Source: Bacteroidota bacterium (lineage in GTDB: Bacteria; Bacteroidota; Bacteroidia; Chitinophagales; UBA8649). Taken from it: a stretch of DNA of 39,385 nucleotides. Position numbers and translations under genes: made by a program. Within the stretch, counting starts at the first letter, position 1; each line of letters starts with the position of its first letter. Under the pieces are notes generated by a model. The model made no database searches and was not told where the DNA came from. It worked only from the letters and a program-made list of their open reading frames with translations. Below are positions 25,633-34,016 of the stretch, in pieces. Location of the stretch: positions 1-39,385 of the forward strand of contig DLYY01000011.1 of assembly GCA_003447535.1 (NCBI GenBank), in the 5' to 3' direction.

Positions 25633-28077
25633 GTGTCCGAAAACAAAAAACAAACATCCGCGATATTTTATGATCGCTTTAATGCTGGACTTCTAGTACA
25701 TGTCTTGCGCAAGTCGTTTAAATGGTTCTTTTTGTTTATGCTTCTATCGTCTGGGGTTGCGCACATTTTTCTTCACTTTGCAACCAGAGTCTATGATTCA
25801 AAAGGAGTAATAATTCATATTGGAGGGGAGCAAAAACAAAACTTATTGGGCTTTGATAGAGATTTTCAAAAACAATTCACAAACACTGACTTTCAACAAG
25901 ATATTAGGGTTCTTACGTCTCCACTTGTTATAAACAACGCATATTCAGACAAGGGGTTAAATCTTCTGTTTTACGACGTTGGTAATTTCCGATCTCTCGA
26001 AATCTACCCAAACCCATATTTTTCAGTCGACAGCTTTTATCAGGCACCTGAATTGACAAAGATTAATATTGATTATCATATGTTTTTAAGTCGGAAGAAA
26101 GACAGTATCCGGCTTGAATACATCTATAAAGGAAGTACTTGGGGTGGACACTTAAAACCAGGAAAGCCATTTATTGATGAAAATATATTTATATCAATAT
26201 CCAATTTTGATGAGTCGTTATTGACCGATGAATTCGAAGGTGAAAAAAACATTTTCTTTAACGTTTATGATAATAATCGCCTCGCCGATGAAATGTTATC
26301 AAACATAAAAATTGAGCCCAATAAAGAAACATTTTCTGTTGCGATCACCGGAAAACATCCCAGCAAAGCGAAAGCTTTAGTCATGGTAGATTTACTCATA
26401 GAGTCATTCTTGAATTTTCATTTGTATCAAAAAACGGAAAGTATTAAACAATCGATATCCTTTCTTGATGAGCAAATTGATTCTATAAAACCGCTATATG
26501 ATGAGGCACTTGTCGCTGTTCGAAATGCCGAAGCGCAAAAGGGGTACCGTAACATTGAGGCACTGGGTGGCGGGCTCTATGCAGATGTTAAAAATCTACA
26601 ACAAAAACTTGTGCGTCTTGATTATCTAATAAGTGTTCTTGGGTGGTTCGCTGTGATGGTTGAACAAGAAGAAGATCTCAGTCTTGCGAGTACTCAATTA
26701 TCAGGAGCTGATTTTGAAGGAATCATTAATGGCCTGTCTGTGAGTGAGATTTTAAATCTTGAGGCTGAAAAAGAAAAAGCCCTAATGCAGGTTACTCCCG
26801 AACATCCCGCTATTGTACTCATAGAAAGAAACCTTGATAAAGCACGCGTCACGCTTGTGGCTCAAGTAAGAATAAACATTGAGCGATATCAACAGGAAAG
26901 GCAATTAATGATAGATGAAATCAATAAAATTCTTGAAGAATTAGATGTGCTACCATTGTTTGAAGCCGAATATCTGAGACTAAAAAGAGACTATGAGACC
27001 AAGGCGATGTTTTACAACAACCTTATTGAGAGGAAGTCTTCTTTCTCATTATCCAAAGCGGGTATTGTAAGTGACTACACTATTCTAGAGAACCCAAAAA
27101 TTGCAAAAAATCATATAAGCCCAAATGATAGCTTTATTCGATTTGTTGGGTTGGCGATTGGTGCTATTCTTTCACTTATTTTGGTGGTCTTTCGATATAT
27201 AACACACAAAGAAATTATCAATATTGAAGACGTTACTTCCCAAACTGAAACAGCCCTTCTTGGGGTTATACAACGCTATTCAGAGAAACTTCCTATGTCA
27301 TCAATCGTTGTGACCAATCGTCCTAAAAGTGGTATTTCTGAATCGTTTAGGGGCGTTCGAAGCAATCTAGAGTTTTTAGCAGCGGAGAAGAATTTTCGTT
27401 CTATTGCAGTTACTTCAACGATTCCTGGAGAAGGAAAAACATTTGTAGCTATCAATCTTGCTGCCATTATTGCCATGCAGGGCAAGCGTGTGCTATTAGT
27501 GGATGTAGATTTAAGGAAGCCCCGTGTACACAAGATCTTTAACCTTCCTAACTCAGCTGGAATGAGCACTCTCCTTAATAAGCGCTCAATAAAAGAGGAT
27601 GTTACTTTCTCTACGTCAGAGGAAAACCTCTGGGCAATTCCCGCAGGACCTATTCCGCCCAACCCCTCTGAGCTTATTGGTGGAGATTCCTTTGTCAACT
27701 TTATTGAAGAAATAAAAACTTCATTTGATGTTCTCGTTTTCGACACCCCTCCTATTGGGTTGGTCACAGACTCCATACCTGTAATAAGCAAGGTAAATAA
27801 TCCTATCTATGTGATGAGGGCAGATTATTCTCACAGATCATTCGTAGGACACATTGAGTCTACTAAAGAAAACCTTCAGATTCCTAATCTATCCATCATA
27901 GTGAATGACTATGGACGGGGCGTTTCTGGATCTTATTACAACTATGGATACGGGTACGGATATGGATATGGATATGGATATGGGTATGGGTATGGGTATG
28001 GGTATTACTCCGATCCCGACGAAACCAGGGAAAACGAGCGCACCGGTTTCTTTTCGCGGTTTCGAAAAAACTCTTAA
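25633..28077 (+). CDS. wzc: Polysaccharide co-polymerase / BY-type tyrosine autokinase (Wzc, PCP-2a architecture)
   Basis: GTG start. TM1 (FKWFFLFMLLSSGVAHIF) is followed by a periplasmic coiled-coil region of about 450 aa, then TM2 (FVGLAIGAILSLILVVF). Kinase domain has Walker A TIPGEGKT, Walker A' LLVDVDLRKP and Walker B VLVFDTPP. C-terminal Tyr cluster YYNYGYGYGYGYGYGYGYGYGYGYY. Confidence 0.9.
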   Translation: MSENKKQTSAIFYDRFNAGLLVHVLRKSFKWFFLFMLLSSGVAHIFLHFATRVYDSKGVIIHIGGEQKQNLLGFDRDFQKQFTNTDFQQDIRVLTSPLVINNAYSDKGLNLLFYDVGNFRSLEIYPNPYFSVDSFYQAPELTKINIDYHMFLSRKKDSIRLEYIYKGSTWGGHLKPGKPFIDENIFISISNFDESLLTDEFEGEKNIFFNVYDNNRLADEMLSNIKIEPNKETFSVAITGKHPSKAKALVMVDLLIESFLNFHLYQKTESIKQSISFLDEQIDSIKPLYDEALVAVRNAEAQKGYRNIEALGGGLYADVKNLQQKLVRLDYLISVLGWFAVMVEQEEDLSLASTQLSGADFEGIINGLSVSEILNLEAEKEKALMQVTPEHPAIVLIERNLDKARVTLVAQVRINIERYQQERQLMIDEINKILEELDVLPLFEAEYLRLKRDYETKAMFYNNLIERKSSFSLSKAGIVSDYTILENPKIAKNHISPNDSFIRFVGLAIGAILSLILVVFRYITHKEIINIEDVTSQTETALLGVIQRYSEKLPMSSIVVTNRPKSGISESFRGVRSNLEFLAAEKNFRSIAVTSTIPGEGKTFVAINLAAIIAMQGKRVLLVDVDLRKPRVHKIFNLPNSAGMSTLLNKRSIKEDVTFSTSEENLWAIPAGPIPPNPSELIGGDSFVNFIEEIKTSFDVLVFDTPPIGLVTDSIPVISKVNNPIYVMRADYSHRSFVGHIESTKENLQIPNLSIIVNDYGRGVSGSYYNYGYGYGYGYGYGYGYGYGYGYYSDPDETRENERTGFFSRFRKNS
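27943..28008 (+). repeat. In-frame hexanucleotide tandem repeat (TAY-GGN)x10 plus TAT-TAC, encoding the (YG)10YY tail of Wzc
   Basis: Read directly: tat gga tac ggg tac gga (tat gga)x3 (tat ggg)x4 tat tac. The perfect sub-arrays are (tatgga)3 and (tatggg)4. Confidence 0.95.
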
Positions 28078-28097
28078 ATCTCTTTAGTTTCAAGGTT

Positions 28098-29177
28098 ATG
28101 CAGCAACAAATATATTGGGTCCTTTTGTTTGTAGCTATCTTTCTTTTTGGTTCTGCCACTCATGGACTATTTCTCAGGTTTAGTCGGGGGCTTGGTGTGA
28201 GACAACCCGCTGCCCTTGGACAAGAACGATGGAGCGCAAACGTTAAACCTTCTGTTGGCGGACTAACCTTCTTTATTTGCTTTAGCATATCAATCAGCCT
28301 TTTACCAATAGATGGTCTCAATGTCTTAAGTGAGCTAAAGCGGACTTCTTTCACCGCAGCTTGTTGTCTTGGTTTCTTACTTGGCTTAGCAGACGACACC
28401 TATGATACTGTACCTATTTTTAAGTTCATCGGTCAGGTGTTGTGTGGGCTAATCTTGTGCTTAGGGGGTATTGTCATTGAGTTCAGTAGTATTGAGATTA
28501 TAGATTATTCCCTGACCACATTTTGGGTAATTGCCATTATGAACTCCATTAACATGTTGGATAACATGGATGCAATAACCACCTCTGTTTCAATTGCTGT
28601 TTTAATCGTTGCTATTATAATGGCTTTTCTCATTGTTTCGCCTAGCCTTTGGGTTTATCCTTGTATAATTGGGGTGTTGGCTAGCCTCATCGCCTTTTTA
28701 CCGTTTAATTGGAATCCTGCCAAGATATACATGGGGGATACAGGGTCCCAGTTCCTTGGTGTGTTTTTAGCCGGTTTGGGGGTTGAATTATTTTGGAACC
28801 ACAGGGTCAATTATGGAGGAATTTTTCAAGTACAGCAATTCATGATTCCCGTGCTTGTATTTGCGGTTCCCATAATGGATACGATTACTGTTTTTTTACG
28901 TCGCTTACTTCTAAAAACATCTCCATTTGTTGGGGGTAGAGATCATTTGGCTCACCATTTAGTGTATTGCGGTTTTTCTGAGCAGCGAGTTGCTGTTGTT
29001 TTGTTTTTGCTATCCATTGTGTTTGGCATTCTTTCCCTCAGTTTTTTCTTTGAGCAATACCCATTTAACTTATCCCTTTTGGGTTGGTCATTTGTTTTGC
29101 TTAATGTTTTTCTTATTGTTTTTTTCGTTTTACAAATACTGTATAATCGGGGAGCCGAGAAAAAGAGCGAGAGCTAA
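28098..29177 (+). CDS. Polyprenyl-phosphate HexNAc-1-phosphate transferase (MraY/WecA PNPT family), initiating enzyme
   Basis: About 10-11 TM segments. Contains LGLADDTYD (DDxxD), NSINMLDNMDAI (variant of NAxNxxDGxDG) and GGRDHLAHHL (DxxHHH-type motif). Confidence 0.85.
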   Translation: MQQQIYWVLLFVAIFLFGSATHGLFLRFSRGLGVRQPAALGQERWSANVKPSVGGLTFFICFSISISLLPIDGLNVLSELKRTSFTAACCLGFLLGLADDTYDTVPIFKFIGQVLCGLILCLGGIVIEFSSIEIIDYSLTTFWVIAIMNSINMLDNMDAITTSVSIAVLIVAIIMAFLIVSPSLWVYPCIIGVLASLIAFLPFNWNPAKIYMGDTGSQFLGVFLAGLGVELFWNHRVNYGGIFQVQQFMIPVLVFAVPIMDTITVFLRRLLLKTSPFVGGRDHLAHHLVYCGFSEQRVAVVLFLLSIVFGILSLSFFFEQYPFNLSLLGWSFVLLNVFLIVFFVLQILYNRGAEKKSES

Positions 29178-29201
29178 ACCCATTGATTAATCCGCGTTGA
29201 T

Positions 29202-29552
29202 TTGTTTAAGTTTCTAATCATTTTTTGTTGTACTGGCCTGGGGGGCGTTTTGCGCTACCTGCTTTCCTTTGCTCCCTACTTAAAGTCTACAGACGGTGGT
29301 GTTCTTGTATCCAATATCATCGCATGTGCAATAATGGGTTGCCTATTAGCTATTCCTATAAACAACCCTATGGTTAAAGTGGGTGTCATTAGCCTTTGTG
29401 GTGGTCTTTCAACCTTTAGTGGATATATAGCTTTTTCTTATTTATCCAGCCCTAGTCCTAGCAATTCTGTACTCTACCATGTAATGAGTATTGGATTGGG
29501 CTTACTTTTTTTTATCGGTAGCTACTACAGCTGTAAATCGCTTTTCGCTTAG
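29202..29552 (+). CDS. crcB: Fluoride ion channel CrcB/FluC
   Basis: 116 aa with 4 hydrophobic segments. GLGGVLRYLLS near the N-terminus and LCGGLSTFSGY (the GGxTTFS-type motif). TTG start at 29202. Confidence 0.8.
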   Translation: MFKFLIIFCCTGLGGVLRYLLSFAPYLKSTDGGVLVSNIIACAIMGCLLAIPINNPMVKVGVISLCGGLSTFSGYIAFSYLSSPSPSNSVLYHVMSIGLGLLFFIGSYYSCKSLFA

Positions 29553-29561
29553 ACTAATTTG

Positions 29562-29569
29562 TATATTTG
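29562..29569 (+). promoter_or_regulatory. Candidate Bacteroidota sigma-A -7 element (TAnnTTTG) for the tRNA-Leu gene
   Basis: TATATTTG ends 8 nt upstream of the first tRNA nucleotide. I found no convincing -33 TTTG at canonical spacing. Confidence 0.25.
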
Positions 29570-29576
29570 TTTACCT

Positions 29577-29660
29577 GCCCGGGTGCTGAAACTGGTAGAC
29601 AGGCATGGTTGAGGGCCATGTGTTCTTATGAACGTGCGGGTTCGAGTCCCGCCCCGGGCA
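29577..29660 (+). tRNA. tRNA-Leu, anticodon GAG (class II, long variable arm); CCA not encoded
   Basis: Folded by hand. The acceptor stem is GCCCGGG/CCCGGGC with discriminator A. The anticodon stem is CATGG/CCATG with loop TTGAGGG (anticodon GAG). The variable arm is GTTC-TTAT-GAAC. The T arm is GCGGG-TTCGAGT-CCCGC. Confidence 0.9.
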
Positions 29661-29679
29661 CACTCTTTTCCTCGGTTGA

Positions 29680-30237
29680 TTATTGACTATATTCAACCGT
29701 CTCCTTAGACAAGTGGTTAACTTCTAACAGAGTTCTATTTAACAGCCACCGAGTGTGCTTGGACGATTTTAAGTTGTCATGAAAAACAAGAACACATCGA
29801 TTGCTACGCAACGAGGATTGTATTCTCTTCCATAAAGCATACTGGGTTTTGTAATGATTAAAGTCGTAAGTCATAAGTGTCCACATCTTTATACTCAGTC
29901 TGCCATAACAATACAACATTTGTGTGAGAGTCAAAAAGCCATATGGAGGACGGTAGTATTTTTCAATGTCAGGAAACCTTTCCTCTACCCGTTCAATGTT
30001 TTCGCGCTGTTTCCTCGGGCTTGTTTTCCAATTATTAATGTGTTTATATCCATGGTTGGCAAGTTGAAAATCATGTAACGTCTTAGATTGGCTGGGCCAC
30101 TTTTCCATGTTTTCTCCAAGTACAAAAAATGTCGCTTGAGCATTGTGGGCCTTTAAAATGCCTGCTAGCGTCTCTGTGTATTGTTCACTTGGACCATCGT
30201 CAATGGTTATATGGACCTGTTTTTTCTTTTCAAACAT
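29680..30237 (-). CDS. Polysaccharide deacetylase (NodB homology domain, CE4-like)
   Basis: HITIDDGPS (TFDDG motif 1), ATFFVLG, and NHGYKH (HxxxH motif 2). 185 aa. Confidence 0.75.
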   Translation of the reverse strand: MFEKKKQVHITIDDGPSEQYTETLAGILKAHNAQATFFVLGENMEKWPSQSKTLHDFQLANHGYKHINNWKTSPRKQRENIERVEERFPDIEKYYRPPYGFLTLTQMLYCYGRLSIKMWTLMTYDFNHYKTQYALWKRIQSSLRSNRCVLVFHDNLKSSKHTRWLLNRTLLEVNHLSKETVEYSQ

Positions 30238-30303
30238 AGGATTACGAATATAATTTAAGCTGCAATCTTGCTCGATTGGCTATGGAATATGCATCTTTGA
30301 TTA

Positions 30304-31839
30304 ATGGCAATTAGAACTCGATTCGCTCCAAGCCCTACTGGCCCCTTGCATATTGGTGGTCTGCGTACGGCATTATTCTGTTTCTTACATGCAAAAAATA
30401 ACCGCGGAGATTTTATTCTTCGTATTGAGGATACCGATCAAAAACGTTTCGTGCCCGGTGCTGAAGAATACATTTTAGAAAGCTTATCCTGGTGTGGTAT
30501 CACACCTGATGAGGGTCCTTCATTTGGCGGGGACTTTGGGCCCTATAGACAAAGTGAGCGAAACGATTTATATAAGCCATTTGTCGAGCAACTTCTTAAG
30601 GATGGACATGCCTATTATGCCTTTGATTCTAGTGAAGAACTAACTACCTGGAGGGACTCCATGCAAAAACAAGGAAATGCTTCTCCAAAATATAATGCAA
30701 GTACTAGAGCATACTTAAAAAACAGCTTGAGTCTCTCTGCTCAGGAGGTTGAAGAGCGTATGCAGCGAGAGGAGGATTATGTTGTTCGGTTTAAGACGCC
30801 GGTTGCTGGAGAGGTTCGGTTTTATGATGAGATAAGGGGGTGGATTGTTTTTCAATGTCACGAACTTGATGATAAAGTGTTAATGAAGAGCGATGGCCTT
30901 CCGACCTATCACTTGGCCAACGTTGTGGATGACCATCTTATGGAAATTACCCATGTTATACGAGGTGAAGAATGGCTACCATCCACTCCCCTTCATGTTC
31001 AGTTATATGGTGCATTCGGTTGGACAATGCCAAAGTTTGCTCACCTTCCACTTATATTAAAACCCGATGGAAAAGGTAAACTCAGCAAGCGAGATGGTGA
31101 CCGGCTAGGCTTTCCTGTTTTTCCTATTAATTGGTACAATCCAGAGGATTCAAAGAAATTGATTGCAGGAGGGTATAAGGAAAGAGGATTTGAAGCACCA
31201 GCTATTCTAAACTTTTTAGCCTTGCTTGGTTGGAACCCAGGGAACAATCAAGAATTCTTTTCTCTTGAAGATCTTATCGAGAACTTTTCGTTAGAGCGAG
31301 TCAATAAGTCTGGTGCCAAATTTGATTATCAAAAAGCATGTTGGTTTAATAGCGAATACCTTAAAAATTTCACGAGCCAAGAGAAACAGAGTGCCATTCT
31401 TGAAATCTTTCCAAATGCAAAAGATCGTAATGAAAACGATTTGGAATTAGCATTTAACCTAGCTTCTGAACGAGTACAATTCAGGCATGAAATAAAGGAT
31501 ACGGTAGCCTACTTGTTTGAGAAACCTATAGTTCTAGTAGGTAAAGGTGTGAATAAAGCATGGAGGACAGAAAAAGTAGCACACCTAGAGGATTGTATGC
31601 AAAGAATTCAGGATGCTGATACTGACTTTAGTGCAGCTGCCTTAGAAACCATCATTAAACAATACATCGAGGAAAAATCTATATCCTTTGGACAAATTCT
31701 TCCCCCTTTAAGGTTAAGCCTAACAGGAAGATTGAAAGGCCCTTCTATTTTTGATATTATGCGCTTTCTTGGTTTATCAGAATGCTTAGAGCGTGTTGAT
31801 TTTGCTAAGAAAAACTATAACAGCGAGGCAACAGAATGA
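30304..31839 (+). CDS. gltX: Glutamate--tRNA ligase
   Basis: RFAPSPTGPLHIGGLRTALF (HIGH) and GKGKLSKRDG (KMSKS). 511 aa. Confidence 0.95.
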   Translation: MAIRTRFAPSPTGPLHIGGLRTALFCFLHAKNNRGDFILRIEDTDQKRFVPGAEEYILESLSWCGITPDEGPSFGGDFGPYRQSERNDLYKPFVEQLLKDGHAYYAFDSSEELTTWRDSMQKQGNASPKYNASTRAYLKNSLSLSAQEVEERMQREEDYVVRFKTPVAGEVRFYDEIRGWIVFQCHELDDKVLMKSDGLPTYHLANVVDDHLMEITHVIRGEEWLPSTPLHVQLYGAFGWTMPKFAHLPLILKPDGKGKLSKRDGDRLGFPVFPINWYNPEDSKKLIAGGYKERGFEAPAILNFLALLGWNPGNNQEFFSLEDLIENFSLERVNKSGAKFDYQKACWFNSEYLKNFTSQEKQSAILEIFPNAKDRNENDLELAFNLASERVQFRHEIKDTVAYLFEKPIVLVGKGVNKAWRTEKVAHLEDCMQRIQDADTDFSAAALETIIKQYIEEKSISFGQILPPLRLSLTGRLKGPSIFDIMRFLGLSECLERVDFAKKNYNSEATE

Positions 31840-32438
31840 TGAGGGTCGGTCTATTTTTTGGAAGTTTTAATCCCATTCACATAGGACATCTCATTATTGC
31901 TAATGAGGCACTCCACACTAAGCTTATTGATCAAGTTTGGCTTTGCCCTACACCCCAAAATCCTCAGAAAAAAAAACATTCCTTGCTCGATTATCAAAAA
32001 CGGCTTGACCTCTGTCATCTAGCACTCGACAATAAAACATCATCGATCGTTATCAATGACTTTGAGCGGTTTTTAGAAAGACCAAGTTATACCGCTAACT
32101 CTATGCGATACCTCCTTAAAAAGTTTACTACATATTCCTTTAGTATAATTGTGGGCGAGGATAATTATAAAACCCTACATAAATGGCATGATGCTACCTG
32201 GTTAATGGAAAAATTTCCATTTTTAATCTATAGTAGGATTCCCCTAGAAAGTGAAAATACAGTGACTGAACAAAAAGTATTCTATACACACCACCAGTTT
32301 TTCGGATGTGAATTGCTTGATATATCATCTAGCTCCATTCGTCGACGTATCCAGAAAGGAAAAAGTATTGAATACCTTACACCACCTGCTGTTGTAAAAG
32401 AAATTAAGCTATATAAACTTTATCAAAACAATGATTAA
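31836..32438 (+). CDS. nadD: Nicotinate-nucleotide adenylyltransferase
   Basis: GLFFGSFNPIHIGHL ((H/T)xGH motif) and DISSSSIRRRI (ISSTxIR motif). ATGA overlap with gltX. Confidence 0.9.
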   Translation: MMRVGLFFGSFNPIHIGHLIIANEALHTKLIDQVWLCPTPQNPQKKKHSLLDYQKRLDLCHLALDNKTSSIVINDFERFLERPSYTANSMRYLLKKFTTYSFSIIVGEDNYKTLHKWHDATWLMEKFPFLIYSRIPLESENTVTEQKVFYTHHQFFGCELLDISSSSIRRRIQKGKSIEYLTPPAVVKEIKLYKLYQNND

Positions 32439-33312
32439 CTCAACCAATCTTATTGTCAATAAAGATGGATCTATATTTCATCTAGGCGTTAAACCAGAAG
32501 AGCTAGCATCGAACGTTATCCTAGTTGGTGATCCTGGTAGAGTAGAGCTTATAGCATCCTTCTTTGAACTGATAGAGTGTAAGAGACAAAACAGAGAGTT
32601 TGTCATGGCTACAGGTTTATACAAGGGCAGTAGAATTTCTGTTATGGCCACGGGTATAGGAACTGACAATATTGATATTGTATTAAATGAGATAGATGCT
32701 TTAGTTAATGTAGACTTTGATGCCAGAATAGTTAAACCTAACCTAACTAAACTCAATTTACTTCGATTAGGGACCTGCGGTAGTTTTCAAAAGCATGTAA
32801 AACCCGGTGATTTAGTTATATCTAAAAAAGCTTACGGTCAGGATAGTTTGATGCTTTATTATCAGGATTTCTTATCCAAATTCATCAAATACAATAAGGA
32901 ATTACAAGCAGTACAACAATATTTCTCTGATCATCATTTAGGTCCAGTTCAGTATATAGCGGAATCCAATGATGATCTATTAAACCAGTTTAAATCTCTA
33001 GGACACTGTGGAATTACACTAACTGCATCCGGATTTTATGGTCCGCAAGGAAGAGAAATTAGAACAAATCATCTTGCTGGGTGGACTAGTAACGCTATCA
33101 AAAATTATAAGGATTTTCAAGGCGATAAATTATGTAATCTTGAGATGGAATGCAGCGCCCTTTATGGTTTAGGGAGATTACTTGGCCATAGATGTTTAAC
33201 CATTTGCCTTGCTATCGCACAACGCTCCACTAAAGAAGTCCTTGTAGATTATAAGGCAAGAATGAAAGAAATCATACCGCAAGTACTAGATAATCTAATT
33301 GAGTGTAGTTAA
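32431..33312 (+). CDS. Nucleoside phosphorylase, PNP/UDP-1 family (uridine phosphorylase-like)
   Basis: VILVGDPGRV, ISVMATGIGTDN, LLRLGTCGS and NLEMECSALYGL are the characteristic phosphate/ribose-binding segments of the family. Confidence 0.75.
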   Translation: MINSTNLIVNKDGSIFHLGVKPEELASNVILVGDPGRVELIASFFELIECKRQNREFVMATGLYKGSRISVMATGIGTDNIDIVLNEIDALVNVDFDARIVKPNLTKLNLLRLGTCGSFQKHVKPGDLVISKKAYGQDSLMLYYQDFLSKFIKYNKELQAVQQYFSDHHLGPVQYIAESNDDLLNQFKSLGHCGITLTASGFYGPQGREIRTNHLAGWTSNAIKNYKDFQGDKLCNLEMECSALYGLGRLLGHRCLTICLAIAQRSTKEVLVDYKARMKEIIPQVLDNLIECS

Positions 33313-33882
33313 TATTTCATTCCACAACGTGTCGTAATGATTTCGTTGTTCCTGCATATAGCGCAAACCTTCAGTATCACCTGTTCCGTGATCATTCTGT
33401 ATAAAGTGAAGAATAACCTCTTCATGTGCAGCCAACCAATCGCTGTGAGAGGTATGTATTGATTGAAGAATTGAAGTTATACTTGAGTGGTGTATACTTT
33501 GGTTACTATACCTATCTACTGTCTTATAAAATGCTTCTATCCAAAGTAAGTATTGACTACTCTGCATCCCAGATATTCCCGTTAATGATGGACGAAAGCT
33601 TAGAAAATCTTCTTTGTCTAAGAATTCAAGAAGTTTTAACGTATTAATATTTAGCTTCCAACAAGCAAGAATGCGGTACAATTGATCTTTTTTGTCCTTT
33701 AATGAACTCGTTATAACTTTTGCATCGAATGACTGTAAATCCTCTAAAATTTGAGCAAAATTTATCTCATGGATATGGTGAATGCGTATAAAGAAAGATT
33801 CTTCTAAAGCATATTTTGGATCAGCTTGAGGATTATTACAATCCAAAAGTTTTTGCAAGGCTATGTAATCATCGTAAATCAT
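33295..33882 (-). CDS. Short tryptophan 2,3-dioxygenase (TDO/KynA) family-like protein
   Basis: YDDYIALQKLLDCNNP, ESFFIRIHHIHEINF, FLSFRPSLTGISGMQSSQY and WLAAHEEV...HGTGDTEGLRYM parallel the TDO motifs YxxYLxLdxLL, DExLFIxxHQxxELW, FxxFRxxLxxaSGFQSxQ and WRxxH...GTGGSsGxxYL. Only 195 aa. Confidence 0.5.
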   Translation of the reverse strand: MIYDDYIALQKLLDCNNPQADPKYALEESFFIRIHHIHEINFAQILEDLQSFDAKVITSSLKDKKDQLYRILACWKLNINTLKLLEFLDKEDFLSFRPSLTGISGMQSSQYLLWIEAFYKTVDRYSNQSIHHSSITSILQSIHTSHSDWLAAHEEVILHFIQNDHGTGDTEGLRYMQEQRNHYDTLWNEILTTLN

Positions 33883-33982
33883 AATGATTAAAATATTTTA
33901 TTAAAACACTATAGTCATCATTAAGTGTGTTATTATGTGGAATACTCTACCCAATCTTAATAATTCACACATATTAAACACT

Positions 33983-34016
33983 AAGTTAACTTATGTTGTC
34001 TCTAAGAAGTTAACTT
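33983..34016. promoter_or_regulatory. Two copies of the perfect 10-bp palindrome AAGTTAACTT (12-nt identity AAGTTAACTTAT), 24 bp centre to centre; candidate operator pair
   Basis: Read directly at 33983-33992 and 34007-34016. Both lie inside the 347-bp AT-rich divergent intergenic region between the TDO-like gene and the 1049-aa gene. Confidence 0.3.

Noticed and set aside
27276-27791. 171-aa minus-strand ORF inside wzc. Other nested or antisense ORFs include 62-274, 648-956, 1782-2115, 2964-3390, 4709-4972, 10621-10995, 14004-14213, 15003-15331, 17464-17712, 18208-18432, 20119-20370, 23280-23513, 23795-24013, 24355-24579, 28160-28399, 28990-29190, 29854-30078, 31041-31247, 32478-32756, 33426-33647, 34559-34870, 36484-36996, 38058-38255 and 38785-39117.
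   Set aside because: Each lies wholly inside a longer ORF that has clear family motifs, and none shows a recognisable motif of its own. They are most simply chance open frames.
27896-28159. 87-aa minus-strand ORF with an HTHTHTHIHIHIHI repeat, and the 27905-28087 + ORF with a DMDMDMGMGMGM repeat
   Set aside because: Both are alternative-frame or antisense readings of the (TAYGGN)10 repeat inside wzc. The wzc frame is continuous with a complete kinase domain, so these are translation artefacts.
29178-29201. Looked for a fluoride (crcB-motif) riboswitch upstream of crcB
   Set aside because: Only 24 nt separate the WecA-like stop from the crcB TTG start. That is far too short for the riboswitch fold, and no matching conserved helices were seen. 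crcB is probably read through from the upstream operon.
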